Positions 1-9,687 of a stretch of DNA of 64,000 bases are shown piece after piece. The notes beneath the pieces were generated by a model, which was not told where the DNA came from, searched no databases, and saw nothing but the letters and a program-made list of their open reading frames with translations. The stretch comes from Fimbriimonadales bacterium (GTDB taxonomy: Bacteria > Armatimonadota > Fimbriimonadia > Fimbriimonadales > ATM1): NCBI GenBank assembly GCA_041744215.1, contig JBGTLG010000026.1, positions 15,598 through 79,597 of the forward strand. The letters are read 5' to 3'. The position numbers and the translations under genes are program-made. Numbering within the stretch: the first letter of the stretch is position 1; each line of letters begins with the position of its first letter.

Positions 1-357
1 ATTGTAACGCTCGAACCTGGTTTAGAACGTCTCGCAGTACCGTCGCGTGCCTTCACATTCTTGTCGGCGGGCAAGCCTCTGATCGCGCTAATGGCCCCTG
101 AGGCTTGTGTCGCCAGAATCGTTACGGAGCATGGATGCGGATGGGTCGTCGACGGAGCCAGAGACATTGCTGATGTTGTGAGGCGGTGTTCTCGCGAAGA
201 GTTCGCCGACCGGGGATCGAAGAGCCGCCAAACTTATGAAGCCCGGTTTCAGAGGGAGGACGTCATACGCCAGTATGCCGAGCTACTGCTTGGGGCGAGT
301 TACGCCGCGGTCTCTAAGTGCTCGGATTCGAGCGAAGTTGGATCGGTCGCAGCCTGA
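1..357 (+). CDS. Glycosyltransferase family 4 (WcaI-like), C-terminal part; 5' end lies outside the window
   Basis: Frame is open from base 1 (IVTLEPGLERLAVPSRAFTFLSAGKPLIA...), a GT4-type C-terminal motif. Confidence 0.7.
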   Translation: MVTLEPGLERLAVPSRAFTFLSAGKPLIALMAPEACVARIVTEHGCGWVVDGARDIADVVRRCSREEFADRGSKSRQTYEARFQREDVIRQYAELLLGASYAAVSKCSDSSEVGSVAA

Positions 358-1013
358 GAGTTCGACAGCAATATCGTTTCCGTCTTTGCTGGCCGAAGCC
401 TTGCGACTGCGGTGATTGTCGAGACGACACACTTTACATCGGCAATGAGATTGCGATTTCGAACGTAAGCCTTATCCGACTCAATCTTCAATGGTAACAG
501 TTGCTCGGTGTAAAACTTGATTGGATCTTGCTGCTCAGCAAGAAGCTCTTCTTCGTGCCGGAGCCACAACTGGGTCGGTCCTGTTACGCCAGGTCTGACG
601 CTGAGAATCTGTCCGAGATCGGTTTCGCTGTAGCATGGGATGTAGCTGTAGGACTGCGGTCGTGGGCCTACAAGGCTCATGTCTCCGATGAGCACATTCC
701 AAAGTTGAGGAAGTTCATCCAGTTTCGATTTTCGAAGTAGGCGGCCGACCCGGGTCACTCGATCATCATTGGCAACGGTTACTTCAGGACCAATCTTGAT
801 CGCCTGATGGACCATTGTCCTGAACTTCAGCATATGGAACGGTCGCCCACGGCGGCCTGCGCGCCGATGACGAAAGAAGACCGGTCCAGGCGAATCAAGC
901 CTTACGGCAATGGCTATGAGACCGAATAGCGGCACTGCAGCAAGGAGTCCACACGCTGCAATGGCGATGTCACCAACGCGCTTCGCCGACTGATCGAAAA
1001 CGAGATAGCTCAC
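300..1013 (-). CDS. Bacterial sugar transferase (priming phosphoglycosyltransferase)
   Basis: KFRTM, DELPQLWNVLIGDMSLVGPRP and RPGVTG motifs. Confidence 0.92.
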   Translation of the reverse strand: MSYLVFDQSAKRVGDIAIAACGLLAAVPLFGLIAIAVRLDSPGPVFFRHRRAGRRGRPFHMLKFRTMVHQAIKIGPEVTVANDDRVTRVGRLLRKSKLDELPQLWNVLIGDMSLVGPRPQSYSYIPCYSETDLGQILSVRPGVTGPTQLWLRHEEELLAEQQDPIKFYTEQLLPLKIESDKAYVRNRNLIADVKCVVSTITAVARLRPAKTETILLSNSQAATDPTSLESEHLETAA

Positions 1014-1126
1014 TCTCTGATTCCTTAGAAACGCACGTAGAGCATCGCGGCCCGCAAGTTTCTCCCACTTGCATGGTCGGCAAGTTCGGGAAAGAACCTC
1101 AGGTCAGCGGTGAGGTTTAAGCTTGC

Positions 1127-1651
1127 TTAGGAAGCCTTGGATCTCTTGAATCTCATCCGTCTAAAGATAGGCACGAAGAAGATCCAAATTCCGGTGCACC
1201 CAAGGGTGAAAAGCAGGATCGCGATGATAGGCAGAATGTAAGTGTTCATTCCATCCGAGAACCAGCTCAGGTCGTGAAAGTCTTCCGCAATCTGGTCTGT
1301 TCTGAAGGCGACGTTGAGAGGCTCGCCGGTTTTCCCATCCACCTGAACTTCCATGTAGCCCTCCTTGCTTAGCACCTTGAAGATGTTCGACTTGGGCCGA
1401 TAGTCAATGCGATCGACATCCGCAAGGGACTGGAGCTCAGGCACTCCTGCGGAAAATGCGCCCTCGGCAGCCATTTGGAGCGAGACGGCCTCGGAAAGAC
1501 CTTCGATCTTTGTCCCCTTTTGTTCTGGAGGACGTACCCACCCGAAGCTGCCTTTGGTGGCGAGCAGAAAGCCCGTCGCTGCGATGAGGACCAGGAAGAG
1601 CGACGAGAGTAATCCGGCCCAGCGGTGAATGGTTCGGAGGCGATGGTACAT
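1127..1651 (-). CDS. PepSY-associated TM-helix membrane protein
   Basis: N-terminal R-x-x-H-R-W-x-G, TG motifs, EDFHD, two terminal TM helices. Confidence 0.75.
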   Translation of the reverse strand: MYHRLRTIHRWAGLLSSLFLVLIAATGFLLATKGSFGWVRPPEQKGTKIEGLSEAVSLQMAAEGAFSAGVPELQSLADVDRIDYRPKSNIFKVLSKEGYMEVQVDGKTGEPLNVAFRTDQIAEDFHDLSWFSDGMNTYILPIIAILLFTLGCTGIWIFFVPIFRRMRFKRSKAS

Positions 1652-1728
1652 GGCGATGAGCGTTCGTACCCCAATTTCGGGCCTCGGTGAACTGGAAACC
1701 GCTGTATAATCCCTTGAGGTGAAAGCTG

Positions 1729-2880
1729 ATGGCTGATCGTGTCTACATTTTTGATACCACCCTCCGCGACGGCGAACAGAGCCCTGGGGTAGCTCTTAAT
1801 GTCGCCGAGAAGCTCGAAATTGGACACGCATTGGTCGACCTTGGGGTTGACGTCATCGAGGCGGGGTTTCCGATCAGTTCACCGGGTGACTTTGAGAGTG
1901 TGCAGACTCTGTCCCGCGAGTTGAGAGGCGTTACGATTTGCGGTCTGACTCGCGCAAAGCGCGAGGACGTGGAGTGTGCCGGCGAGGCGCTCAAAGGCGC
2001 GGAACGCCCTCGGATTCACACCGGACTTGGAGTCAGCGACCAGCACCTGGAACACAAACTGCGGATGACCCGCGACCAAGCGCTCGATGCAGGCGTAAAC
2101 GCTGTCAAGCTTGCCCGTCAGTTCGCAGACGATGTTGAGTACTTCATGGAGGACTCTGGCCGTGCAGACCCGCAGTACGTGTACCGCGTGGTCGAAGCGG
2201 TGATCGCGGCGGGTGCAACGGTGATCAATGTCCCCGACACGACCGGTTATACGTTCCCGACGGAGTACATGGCTCTGATAAGGGGAATCATCGAGAACGT
2301 CCCCAACAGCGACAAGGCGATCTTTAGCTGCCATTGCCACAACGACCTTGGCATGGCGACCGCTAACACTCTTGCAGGCGTTGTCGGCGGTGCGCGGCAG
2401 GTCGAGGTGACGGTCAATGGTATCGGTGAACGAGCCGGAAACACGGCTTTGGAAGAGATTGTCACGTCCTTCGAGATACGGAAGGACTTCTTCGGCGTCC
2501 AAACAAACGTCCAGCTTAAGAAGCTGATGGAGATCAGTCGACTGGTCAGCAGGCTAACAGGAATGATGGTTCAGCGCAATAAAGCTGTGGTGGGCGCCAA
2601 TGCCTACGCCCACAGCAGCGGGATTCATCAGGACGGGGTGTTGAAAGACCGTCTTAACTATGAGATTATCTCTCCGGAGTTAGTCGGCGCCGCTCGCAGT
2701 GAGATCATTCTCACGGCCAGAAGTGGTCGGCACGGGGTGAAGCACCGGCTAGCGGAGATGGGTTTTTCGTTCACAGACGATCGTTTTGAGAAGATCTATG
2801 AGAACTTCATAAAAGTCGCCGATACCAAGAAGGAAGTCACCGAGGACGACCTAAAAGAATTGGTAGATACGGTAAGGTAG
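1729..2880 (+). CDS. leuA: 2-isopropylmalate synthase, short form without regulatory domain
   Basis: DTTLRDGEQSPG, HCHNDLGMA, GIGERAGN, HSSGIHQDG; 383 aa. Confidence 0.88.
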   Translation: MADRVYIFDTTLRDGEQSPGVALNVAEKLEIGHALVDLGVDVIEAGFPISSPGDFESVQTLSRELRGVTICGLTRAKREDVECAGEALKGAERPRIHTGLGVSDQHLEHKLRMTRDQALDAGVNAVKLARQFADDVEYFMEDSGRADPQYVYRVVEAVIAAGATVINVPDTTGYTFPTEYMALIRGIIENVPNSDKAIFSCHCHNDLGMATANTLAGVVGGARQVEVTVNGIGERAGNTALEEIVTSFEIRKDFFGVQTNVQLKKLMEISRLVSRLTGMMVQRNKAVVGANAYAHSSGIHQDGVLKDRLNYEIISPELVGAARSEIILTARSGRHGVKHRLAEMGFSFTDDRFEKIYENFIKVADTKKEVTEDDLKELVDTVR

Positions 2881-2926
2881 GTGGTGCAGGTTAGAGGATC
2901 GACTTTCTGAAGGTGAAGGTAGGCAA

Positions 2927-2954
2927 CAAAAGGGCCCGTCGAGAGACGGGCCCT
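2927..2954 (-). terminator. Intrinsic terminator hairpin between convergent genes
   Basis: agggcccgtc-gaga-gacgggccct stem-loop with an A-run on the left (U-tract for the - strand). Confidence 0.65.
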
Positions 2955-2982
2955 ACTACTTTCGCATGCGGTGTCCCCTGGC

Positions 2983-3399
2983 TTACTCCTTCACGAAGAC
3001 CATCGCGCCCTCTTTCTTGTCGACCGCGACGAGCTTCTTTCCGCCGTCTTCTATCGTGAAGACCATTGGTTTCTTGGCATCGGCCTTTTCACTGGGACTG
3101 GCGTCCTTGGTCATGTCCTCAACTGACATCCCCATCGCCTTCTCAAGATTGAGTGTGAGGGTCGATCCAGAGACGGTGTAGCTGCCTTCAAGGGGCACCA
3201 TCATGTTCATCGTGAACGTCTTGTCCGGCTTGAGTTCTAAGCTCAGATTTCCCATCATGCTCTGGGCAAGCGCCGCGGACATAGGATTGTCTGTATCCGT
3301 CCCCTCTAATGAGCCCTTGTACTTCCCGACAACGTTTGCTCCACCGCAACCGGCAACCAGCGTCACGGCAATCACCACAGAGATTAGGTATCGATTCAT
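2983..3399 (-). CDS. Lipoprotein, putative lipocalin-like beta-barrel
   Basis: Lipobox VAGC; paralogous to 4586..5104. Confidence 0.7.
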   Translation of the reverse strand: MNRYLISVVIAVTLVAGCGGANVVGKYKGSLEGTDTDNPMSAALAQSMMGNLSLELKPDKTFTMNMMVPLEGSYTVSGSTLTLNLEKAMGMSVEDMTKDASPSEKADAKKPMVFTIEDGGKKLVAVDKKEGAMVFVKE

Positions 3400-3467
3400 G
3401 AGGCTATGACGGAACTGCGGACCCCGAAGCCTCCACTGCGCGTGGGCCGGCCAAGTTTCAGCCGAGA

Positions 3468-4139
3468 CTATCTCGCAACGCGTTCGAAGATGTCGAGCCC
3501 AGCGGCGTTCCAGTCGTCGAGGAATCTCTTGAGCCCGCTGTCTGTCAGTGGGTGATTGAACAGTTGGTTCAATACCTTGAACGGCATGGTCGACACGTGT
3601 GCGCCGGCCTGGATCGCTTCGACGACATGCAGTGGGTGCCGGACGCTCGCGACGAGCACTTCGCTGGAAAAGCCGTAGTTTTCAACCATGGCGACCGTGT
3701 CTGCAACAGCCGACATTCCGTCGCCGCTGATGTCGTCGACTCGCCCAACGAAATTGCTTATGTAAGTCGCGCCCGCCTTGGCGGCCATTAGTGCTTGGGA
3801 AACCGAAAACACGAGCGTGACGTTCGTTCGAATCCCTCGCTTAGAGAGCTCCTTTGTCAGCCGAACGCCATCGCGAATCATAGGAACCTTGACCACGATC
3901 TGCTCATGCCACGATGCGATCTCGAGCGCCTCCTTGAGCATATCATCGTAGTTCGTCGCGACGACCTCCGCGCTGATCGCACCGCCTGGCACCAGCGAGC
4001 AAATCTCGAGGACCGTCTCTCGGAATCCTCTGCCAGTCTTAGCGATCAGAGTCGGATTCGTTGTGACCCCATCAATAACTCCCCACTCGGCGGCTTGCGC
4101 GACCTCTGCAACGTCGCCGGTGTCGAGGAATAGCTTCAT
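3468..4139 (-). CDS. tal: Transaldolase / fructose-6-phosphate aldolase family
   Basis: FLDT, GVTTNPT, VVKVP (Schiff-base Lys), NVTLVFS, FVGR. Confidence 0.9.
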   Translation of the reverse strand: MKLFLDTGDVAEVAQAAEWGVIDGVTTNPTLIAKTGRGFRETVLEICSLVPGGAISAEVVATNYDDMLKEALEIASWHEQIVVKVPMIRDGVRLTKELSKRGIRTNVTLVFSVSQALMAAKAGATYISNFVGRVDDISGDGMSAVADTVAMVENYGFSSEVLVASVRHPLHVVEAIQAGAHVSTMPFKVLNQLFNHPLTDSGLKRFLDDWNAAGLDIFERVAR

Positions 4140-4159
4140 GCCTTCGATTCTACCGGAGC

Positions 4160-4558
4160 CTACTGCTTCACAAATCTAACCTTGAGGCCCGCCATTTGTT
4201 CTCCCTGTTCGTCCGACCACCTCGGAGTCAGGGTCTTCCCATCGCGAGAGGAGACAACGGTCAGGGCTAGCCCCTCGGGGGTAGGGGGCTGAATGACGAT
4301 CGTGCTGCCATCGGCACTCCACGTCGTTTCGCGCTTATCTCCTTGGTGCGTTAGCGTCGCCTTTCCAGCCGCCTTGAGTTCGATTTTCAGTCCTTCGAAG
4401 AACTCTCGCACCTCAGCGGCGTCTTCCTGCCGATCCATCGACGCTTCTGCCGATTCGACTTCGACCTCATAAGCTCCAATGTGCGTCGGGGCCGTCCTTC
4501 CGCACGCAGCGAGCGCAAGAGCGATTGAGGCGATGAAGAAGGCGAGCAGTCGGGACAC
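4160..4558 (-). CDS. Lipoprotein of unknown function
   Basis: Lipobox LAAC; distant resemblance to the neighbouring lipoproteins. Confidence 0.6.
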   Translation of the reverse strand: MSRLLAFFIASIALALAACGRTAPTHIGAYEVEVESAEASMDRQEDAAEVREFFEGLKIELKAAGKATLTHQGDKRETTWSADGSTIVIQPPTPEGLALTVVSSRDGKTLTPRWSDEQGEQMAGLKVRFVKQ

Positions 4559-4585
4559 TGCCGATTATGGGCCCAAGTTATCGAG

Positions 4586-5104
4586 CTACGACGTCTTCTT
4601 GAAGAGAAGCTCGCCTTCGTCAGGGTCGTCGGACTTCAACCGGAGGGTCTGGCCGTCTGCTAACACATCCAGCCTCATGGGCTCGGAGTCGAACTTAGCC
4701 TCTCCGCCAGACTCTGCTGCTTGCTTCTTGAAGTCGGCCTCAGACATTCCCATGAATTTCGTCGGAGTCAGCGAAAGGGAACTGCCATCTCGCTTCCAGG
4801 TGCCTTCAATTGGCAGAATCATTGAGAGCGTGAATGTGCCGTCGTCGCGCAGTTCGAGCCACATGCTCCCAGCGAACGCCTTCGCCATTTCGAGCGCCAT
4901 TCGCTCCGCTGGATCGTCGCCTTTGGCTTCAGGCATCACGATTTCGGCGGACCATCTACCCACGAGCCCTGAACTGTGCGACGCGGTCTTGGTGACCGCT
5001 CTCGATCCCAGGCTCGCTTGCGGTGCGTATTCATTGGTTGGACCGGACTTTGCACACGCGGCAAACACCAGCAGCGCGAGCGGCAAAGTGTGTTGAATCT
5101 TCAT
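4586..5104 (-). CDS. Lipoprotein, putative lipocalin-like beta-barrel
   Basis: Lipobox FAAC; LVGRW...LELRDDGTF...EGTW pattern. Confidence 0.7.
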   Translation of the reverse strand: MKIQHTLPLALLVFAACAKSGPTNEYAPQASLGSRAVTKTASHSSGLVGRWSAEIVMPEAKGDDPAERMALEMAKAFAGSMWLELRDDGTFTLSMILPIEGTWKRDGSSLSLTPTKFMGMSEADFKKQAAESGGEAKFDSEPMRLDVLADGQTLRLKSDDPDEGELLFKKTS

Positions 5105-5131
5105 GGTTGACTACCCCCTGTACCCCGCAGC

Positions 5132-6499
5132 CTATTCCACGCGGGGCCTGTCTTCCAACCAAGTAGCGTAGCGGGCAGCGAGAACCTCGTTTCTTTCTCG
5201 GGAGGGCTCGAAGGACCGGTGAACGCGCACGACCTGACACGCGTCGTCGAGGCTGCTCCAAACCCCGGCAAAGACCCCTGCCAGAAGCGCGGCTCCCTGC
5301 GCAGGACCACCTTCTCCCATGACGGCGTCGAGTGGAACACCGAATGCGTCTGAGATCAACCGGAGCCAGTAGTCGCTCCTCACCCCTCCCCCAGTAGCCC
5401 TCAGCCGACTTACAGGCGATTTCCGAAGAGACTCGAGCGCCCTCAAGCCGTCGAACAGCGCGAAAGTTATGCCTTCGAAGACAGCCGCCGCAGTTTCTGC
5501 GCGCCCGTCCGACAGCGCGAGGCCGGACAGTCGCGCGCGTAGCTCCGGATCGTTGTGCGGTGTCCTTTCGCCAGCCAAATATGGATAGAACGCAGCGGTT
5601 GTCGCGCCCGACTGCCTCGCCTCGCGGGCCATCTCGTCAAAGTCCCGGAAGCGGAAGGTGTCGCGCGTCCAGCGAAGCGCACCTCCACAACTCAACATAA
5701 CTCCCATCGAGTGCCACCCACCGTTCGCATGACAAAACGTCTGGACGCGGCCATGCGGATCGCAGGCGGCATCGTCTTGTGAGGCGAAGACGACTCCGCT
5801 TGTGCCGAGGCTAAGGTTCGCAATAGTAGGCGTGATCGACCCGACGCCGACTGCCGCCGCAGCCTGGTCGCCTGCGCCGGGCAGGTCCTTCGACTCGACC
5901 GATCTTGGAAAGATCGAGGGGTCCAATTCCAGCTTCTCTATCAGGCTGGTCGCCCACCTCCGGTTGGGCACATCGAAGAGCCCCGTCCCGCTCGCGTCGC
6001 TGACGTCAGTTAGCTTTTCGCCGGTCAGTCGGAACCGGACGTAGTCTTTCGGGAGCAGCACTGAGCGCAGGCGCGCGAAGTTTTGCGGTTCATTGTTTCT
6101 CAGCCATAGGATCTTTGGCGTCTGGAATCCCGAGATCGGCGGGTTGCAAGTCGCAGCGCGAATGGTATCGATTCCAAGTACCGCTTCCATCTCGCGCACT
6201 TCATGCGCTGTTCGCTGATCGTTCCACAGCAACGCGGGTCGGATCACTTCGTCGTTCTCGTCTAAGAAAACCGAACCGTGCATCTGTCCGGAAAAGCCTA
6301 TCGCGTCATATTCGCCAAGTTGAGCAATGCACGAACTCGCAGCATTCCACCAGTCTTCAGGGCTCTGTTCTGTCCACCCAGGTTGCGGAGTGTAAAGAGG
6401 ATATTCAATCGAACATTGATCAATCATCACGCCTTCATCATTAATGAGAACCGCTTTGCACGATGTCGTTCCCACGTCGATTCCAATCAGTCTTGCCAT
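5132..6499 (-). CDS. xylB: Xylulokinase (FGGY kinase)
   Basis: GIDVGTT, SGQMHG, LWNDQR, DASGT, GDQAA, LGTSG, PYLAGERTP. Confidence 0.88.
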   Translation of the reverse strand: MARLIGIDVGTTSCKAVLINDEGVMIDQCSIEYPLYTPQPGWTEQSPEDWWNAASSCIAQLGEYDAIGFSGQMHGSVFLDENDEVIRPALLWNDQRTAHEVREMEAVLGIDTIRAATCNPPISGFQTPKILWLRNNEPQNFARLRSVLLPKDYVRFRLTGEKLTDVSDASGTGLFDVPNRRWATSLIEKLELDPSIFPRSVESKDLPGAGDQAAAAVGVGSITPTIANLSLGTSGVVFASQDDAACDPHGRVQTFCHANGGWHSMGVMLSCGGALRWTRDTFRFRDFDEMAREARQSGATTAAFYPYLAGERTPHNDPELRARLSGLALSDGRAETAAAVFEGITFALFDGLRALESLRKSPVSRLRATGGGVRSDYWLRLISDAFGVPLDAVMGEGGPAQGAALLAGVFAGVWSSLDDACQVVRVHRSFEPSRERNEVLAARYATWLEDRPRVE

Positions 6500-6504
6500 G
6501 CGTG

Positions 6505-8226
6505 TTATCGAGTGAGCTTCTCCGCAAGCGCGACGCCCGTTGTGATGAAGTTTTGCAGAATGCGAGTCGCACCGGAGTATTCCGGTGTCAACATTGACTT
6601 GTTCAAAAGATACAGGTTTTCAATATCGGTTTCGCAGACATTCGGTCGGCATTGCCAATAGACAACATCGCCCGACCAGAACAACCGATTGAATTGAGTT
6701 CGTTCACGCGAGTTGCGCGGTGAAATGCTCCTGTAATCCATCGGATACATCATCCAATGGCTGCCCGATTCGGGCTGTTCTCGCTTAAAGTCAGCTCGAA
6801 CGTAAGGGTATTGCGTCATGAAATGTGCGGTCGATTTGCGGACGTAGAACTGTTCCGGCATTCTTACTGTCAGGTTTGGATTGTTTGCCACATACCTGAG
6901 ATAGGTCTGCAATTCGGGAACCTCGATCTCGCGCAGTGGCCGCAGTCGATCGTCTTCCGAAAGCGAGTGCGCATGTTGAAGTAAGGTGAACCCAAACGAG
7001 TAGCTGATGCTGTTGAAGTTTCCAGATCCGCCGTTCAGGGCGATGTTGAAGCCGCTCGTTCTTCGTGCTCGATTCAACATCTTGAGTCCCTCGCTATCGG
7101 AGTTGATCCCTTTGAGCTGCATATAGAAGTTGAATCCCTCAGCGACAGCCTTGAAACCGAGCCAGTAGTTTCCTCGGTCGTGTGCAAAGTCGGACGAGAG
7201 GTCTTTTCGAAGCTCCTCGAGCGACATCTTCGCCAAGTAATGCTGATCTACCCCACTCAGAGACCGCGAAGCGAACTCCGCTATCGAAGTCGGTGACAAT
7301 CGAGGATTGCGAACGAGAGATTCGATATCTGCGCGGGTGATGTTAGGGATATCAAAGACGAGGCCGTAGGGGAGGTTAGGAGTCAGCGCGTCAAACTCCA
7401 AGCCTGCCTTTTCCGCAACTCGAGATTCTGGGTCGGTATCCAAAAAGACGTCTGCGTAAACCGACACACCAGCAGGGAGGTCGATGGAGGTGATTCGGGA
7501 CCCGTCCATGTTCACACGCATCATCTCGTACGCGGGAACTTCCAGAATCTTGATTCGGTCCTTGTACTCGGCCTCCAAGAAAGAGCGAATCCGGCTGTCG
7601 ATTCCTGCTGGCAGTGCCACAAAGTCGCCCATTTTCAGAGCCTTTCGATAGAGTTCGCGCTGCTCTTCGGGCCTCGGCGTCAGCCAGTAACCATCGAAAA
7701 ATCTGAGATTGCCTCCATCGTCCGAGCAAAGCCCGCCTAGAGGCCCCGCGTGCAGGACCGCGACAGATTTGCTTCGCTTTGCGAATGCAATGGCGGTAGT
7801 GATTGACTCCATTTCACCGCCGATCAATAAGACGTCAACTTTCTCAGTTGACTCTGCAGGGGGGAATCCCAACTCATCGACTGGCAGGAGGTCAATCGCT
7901 CCGCGTTCAACTGATACACGAAAGCGGAGGCACTGTGGATTCCGTCGTCGAGCATCCTCGATCAAGTCGACTGTCGCCAGCATTTTGGGGCGCTTTGGAT
8001 CAGAGCGGTTTCCCGTGTCGAGACGATGTGTCAGGTCCTCGACGCGGTAGCGGAGGTCGCGCGTGTTGACTATCTGGCCGGGCACGAGGATATGGTCATC
8101 GAGCAGGACATCCTCGACCGACCTGCCGGTGATGGTCGTCGCCGGTTCGGGCACTGCTGGCGAGGTCCCTCGCCCGCAACCAAGAGCGAAGAACAGCGGC
8201 GGGAGGACAAGCAGCCAGCGCATCAT
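6505..8226 (-). CDS. Putative lipoprotein with degenerate FAD-dependent oxidoreductase-like domain
   Basis: Lipobox ALGC; DVLLIGGEMES...LGGL and FLDTD...AEKAG resemble FAD oxidoreductase motifs. Confidence 0.5.
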   Translation of the reverse strand: MMRWLLVLPPLFFALGCGRGTSPAVPEPATTITGRSVEDVLLDDHILVPGQIVNTRDLRYRVEDLTHRLDTGNRSDPKRPKMLATVDLIEDARRRNPQCLRFRVSVERGAIDLLPVDELGFPPAESTEKVDVLLIGGEMESITTAIAFAKRSKSVAVLHAGPLGGLCSDDGGNLRFFDGYWLTPRPEEQRELYRKALKMGDFVALPAGIDSRIRSFLEAEYKDRIKILEVPAYEMMRVNMDGSRITSIDLPAGVSVYADVFLDTDPESRVAEKAGLEFDALTPNLPYGLVFDIPNITRADIESLVRNPRLSPTSIAEFASRSLSGVDQHYLAKMSLEELRKDLSSDFAHDRGNYWLGFKAVAEGFNFYMQLKGINSDSEGLKMLNRARRTSGFNIALNGGSGNFNSISYSFGFTLLQHAHSLSEDDRLRPLREIEVPELQTYLRYVANNPNLTVRMPEQFYVRKSTAHFMTQYPYVRADFKREQPESGSHWMMYPMDYRSISPRNSRERTQFNRLFWSGDVVYWQCRPNVCETDIENLYLLNKSMLTPEYSGATRILQNFITTGVALAEKLTR

Positions 8227-8351
8227 CAGCCAGGCTGGGATAGTGCCATATTCCTGGGCGTTCGAGGCGTTGTAAAATGAAGGGGTGCGACCGAAGCGCG
8301 CACAAACCGTCTATATGATCGTAGACATACCTTTTGAGGAGGAGTGAATCA

Positions 8352-9065
8352 ATGAACAATTGGAGTGAAGGCAACTACGGAGAGACCGCGGCCTATGCAT
8401 CGGTCGACAGTCGGGTCGAGTTCATTCGCAAGACGTACGGCCACCTCACGGCCGCGATCGGAGTGTTTGTCCTGCTGTCCTACGCATTTTTGGAAGGTGG
8501 ACTCGGCGAGAGACTTGCCGAGATGGTCGTAGGTGGTGGGCGGTACGGTTGGCTACTGGTTCTTGGTGCCTTTATGATCGTCGGCTACTTCGCGAGTTGG
8601 ATGGCTCAGTCGAGCCGGAACATCGGCATGCAATATGTAGGCCTGCTTGTCTACACAGTAGCTTGGTCGATCCTGTTTGCCCCGGTCATCTTCATCGCGA
8701 CCACATTCCCTGAGTACGCCGGCGTGTTGTCGCAGGCGGCGATCCTCACCTTGAGCACATTTGGTGCCCTGACTTTCTACGTGTTCGTGACCAAGAAGGA
8801 CTTCTCATTCATGGGCCCGATCCTCGCGATCGTCGGCATCGTCGCCCTCGGGCTGATCGTTGGCGGAATCCTGTTTGGGTTCCATTTGGGCCTTTGGTTC
8901 AGCGGGCTTATGATCGTGTTCGCAGCGGGGGCGGTGCTCTACACGACGTCGAGAGTCCTGCACGAGTACGGAACCGACCAATACGTCGGCGCGGCCCTCG
9001 AGCTGTTTGCTGCGATCGCTCTGATGTTTTGGTATGTCCTTCGCCTTCTGATGGCTCGGCGCTAG
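8352..9065 (+). CDS. Bax inhibitor-1/YccA family membrane protein
   Basis: FIRKTYGHL, KKDFSFMG, YVGAALELF; about 7 TM segments; GGAG RBS. Confidence 0.88.
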   Translation: MNNWSEGNYGETAAYASVDSRVEFIRKTYGHLTAAIGVFVLLSYAFLEGGLGERLAEMVVGGGRYGWLLVLGAFMIVGYFASWMAQSSRNIGMQYVGLLVYTVAWSILFAPVIFIATTFPEYAGVLSQAAILTLSTFGALTFYVFVTKKDFSFMGPILAIVGIVALGLIVGGILFGFHLGLWFSGLMIVFAAGAVLYTTSRVLHEYGTDQYVGAALELFAAIALMFWYVLRLLMARR

Positions 9066-9113
9066 CCCGGAACTCAAGGAATCTGCGCCCGCAAGCCGAG
9101 AGTGCCTGTGGCC

Positions 9114-9159
9114 GCAGAAACGCAGACCCAGCGGTTTTGCTGGGTCTGCGGTTTTTTGC
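9114..9159 (+). terminator. Intrinsic terminator
   Basis: cgcagacccagc-ggtttt-gctgggtctgcg followed by a T-tract. Confidence 0.75.
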
Positions 9160-9221
9160 AAAAAACTCCTCGGTGCCGCGCGATTCTGCGCACCATTTTT
9201 TGTGGATTTGCGTCAATATTC

Positions 9222-9340
9222 ACGTAGCCGAATCCGGGTGACGCTCGGAGCGGGGGACCCAATAAAATGGGGTGAATCCCGGGAGACCGGGAAGGGTAGC
9301 TCATGGCCCTAACCCGACAGCTAACCCCGTAGGCGGATCT
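9222..9340 (+). ncRNA. Cyclic di-AMP riboswitch (ydaO/yuaA class)
   Basis: Conserved blocks GCCGAATCC, GCGGGGGACCCA, TGGGGTGAAT, AGGG, CCCGACAGCTAACCCCGTAGGC in the expected order with pairing stems. Confidence 0.9.
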
Positions 9341-9393
9341 TGAGCGCCCGCCAGGCCGGACGCTCCATGAAGTAAATCCGTGGAGGTTGCCGT

Positions 9394-9687
9394 TTGCTAA
9401 CGCGCAGAGACGTACTCGACCGACTGGAGAAGATCCAGGGGTCGCCCGATGACGTTGCCCATAAAGCCCGCCGGCTTCGAGAGCTCGAAGCGGCGGTCAC
9501 CACCGAAATCCATGATCTGGAGGCCGGTGTACTTTCCTTGCAGAACGAACTCACTCACAAAGCTCGTTCAAAAATGCTAGTCCGACTTGATCGGCTGCGT
9601 GCGTGTGTGGATGAGGTCCGCCGCTCGCAAGATGACGTTCTTCGCCGCGCCGATTTGCGGCTCACGGCAAACTCCTCGACTCCGTAA
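9394..9687 (+). CDS. Small coiled-coil hypothetical protein downstream of the c-di-AMP riboswitch
   Basis: TTG start with GGAGG at 9382-9386; heptad-like Leu/Glu/Arg pattern; hairpin after the stop. Confidence 0.65.
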   Translation: MLTRRDVLDRLEKIQGSPDDVAHKARRLRELEAAVTTEIHDLEAGVLSLQNELTHKARSKMLVRLDRLRACVDEVRRSQDDVLRRADLRLTANSSTP

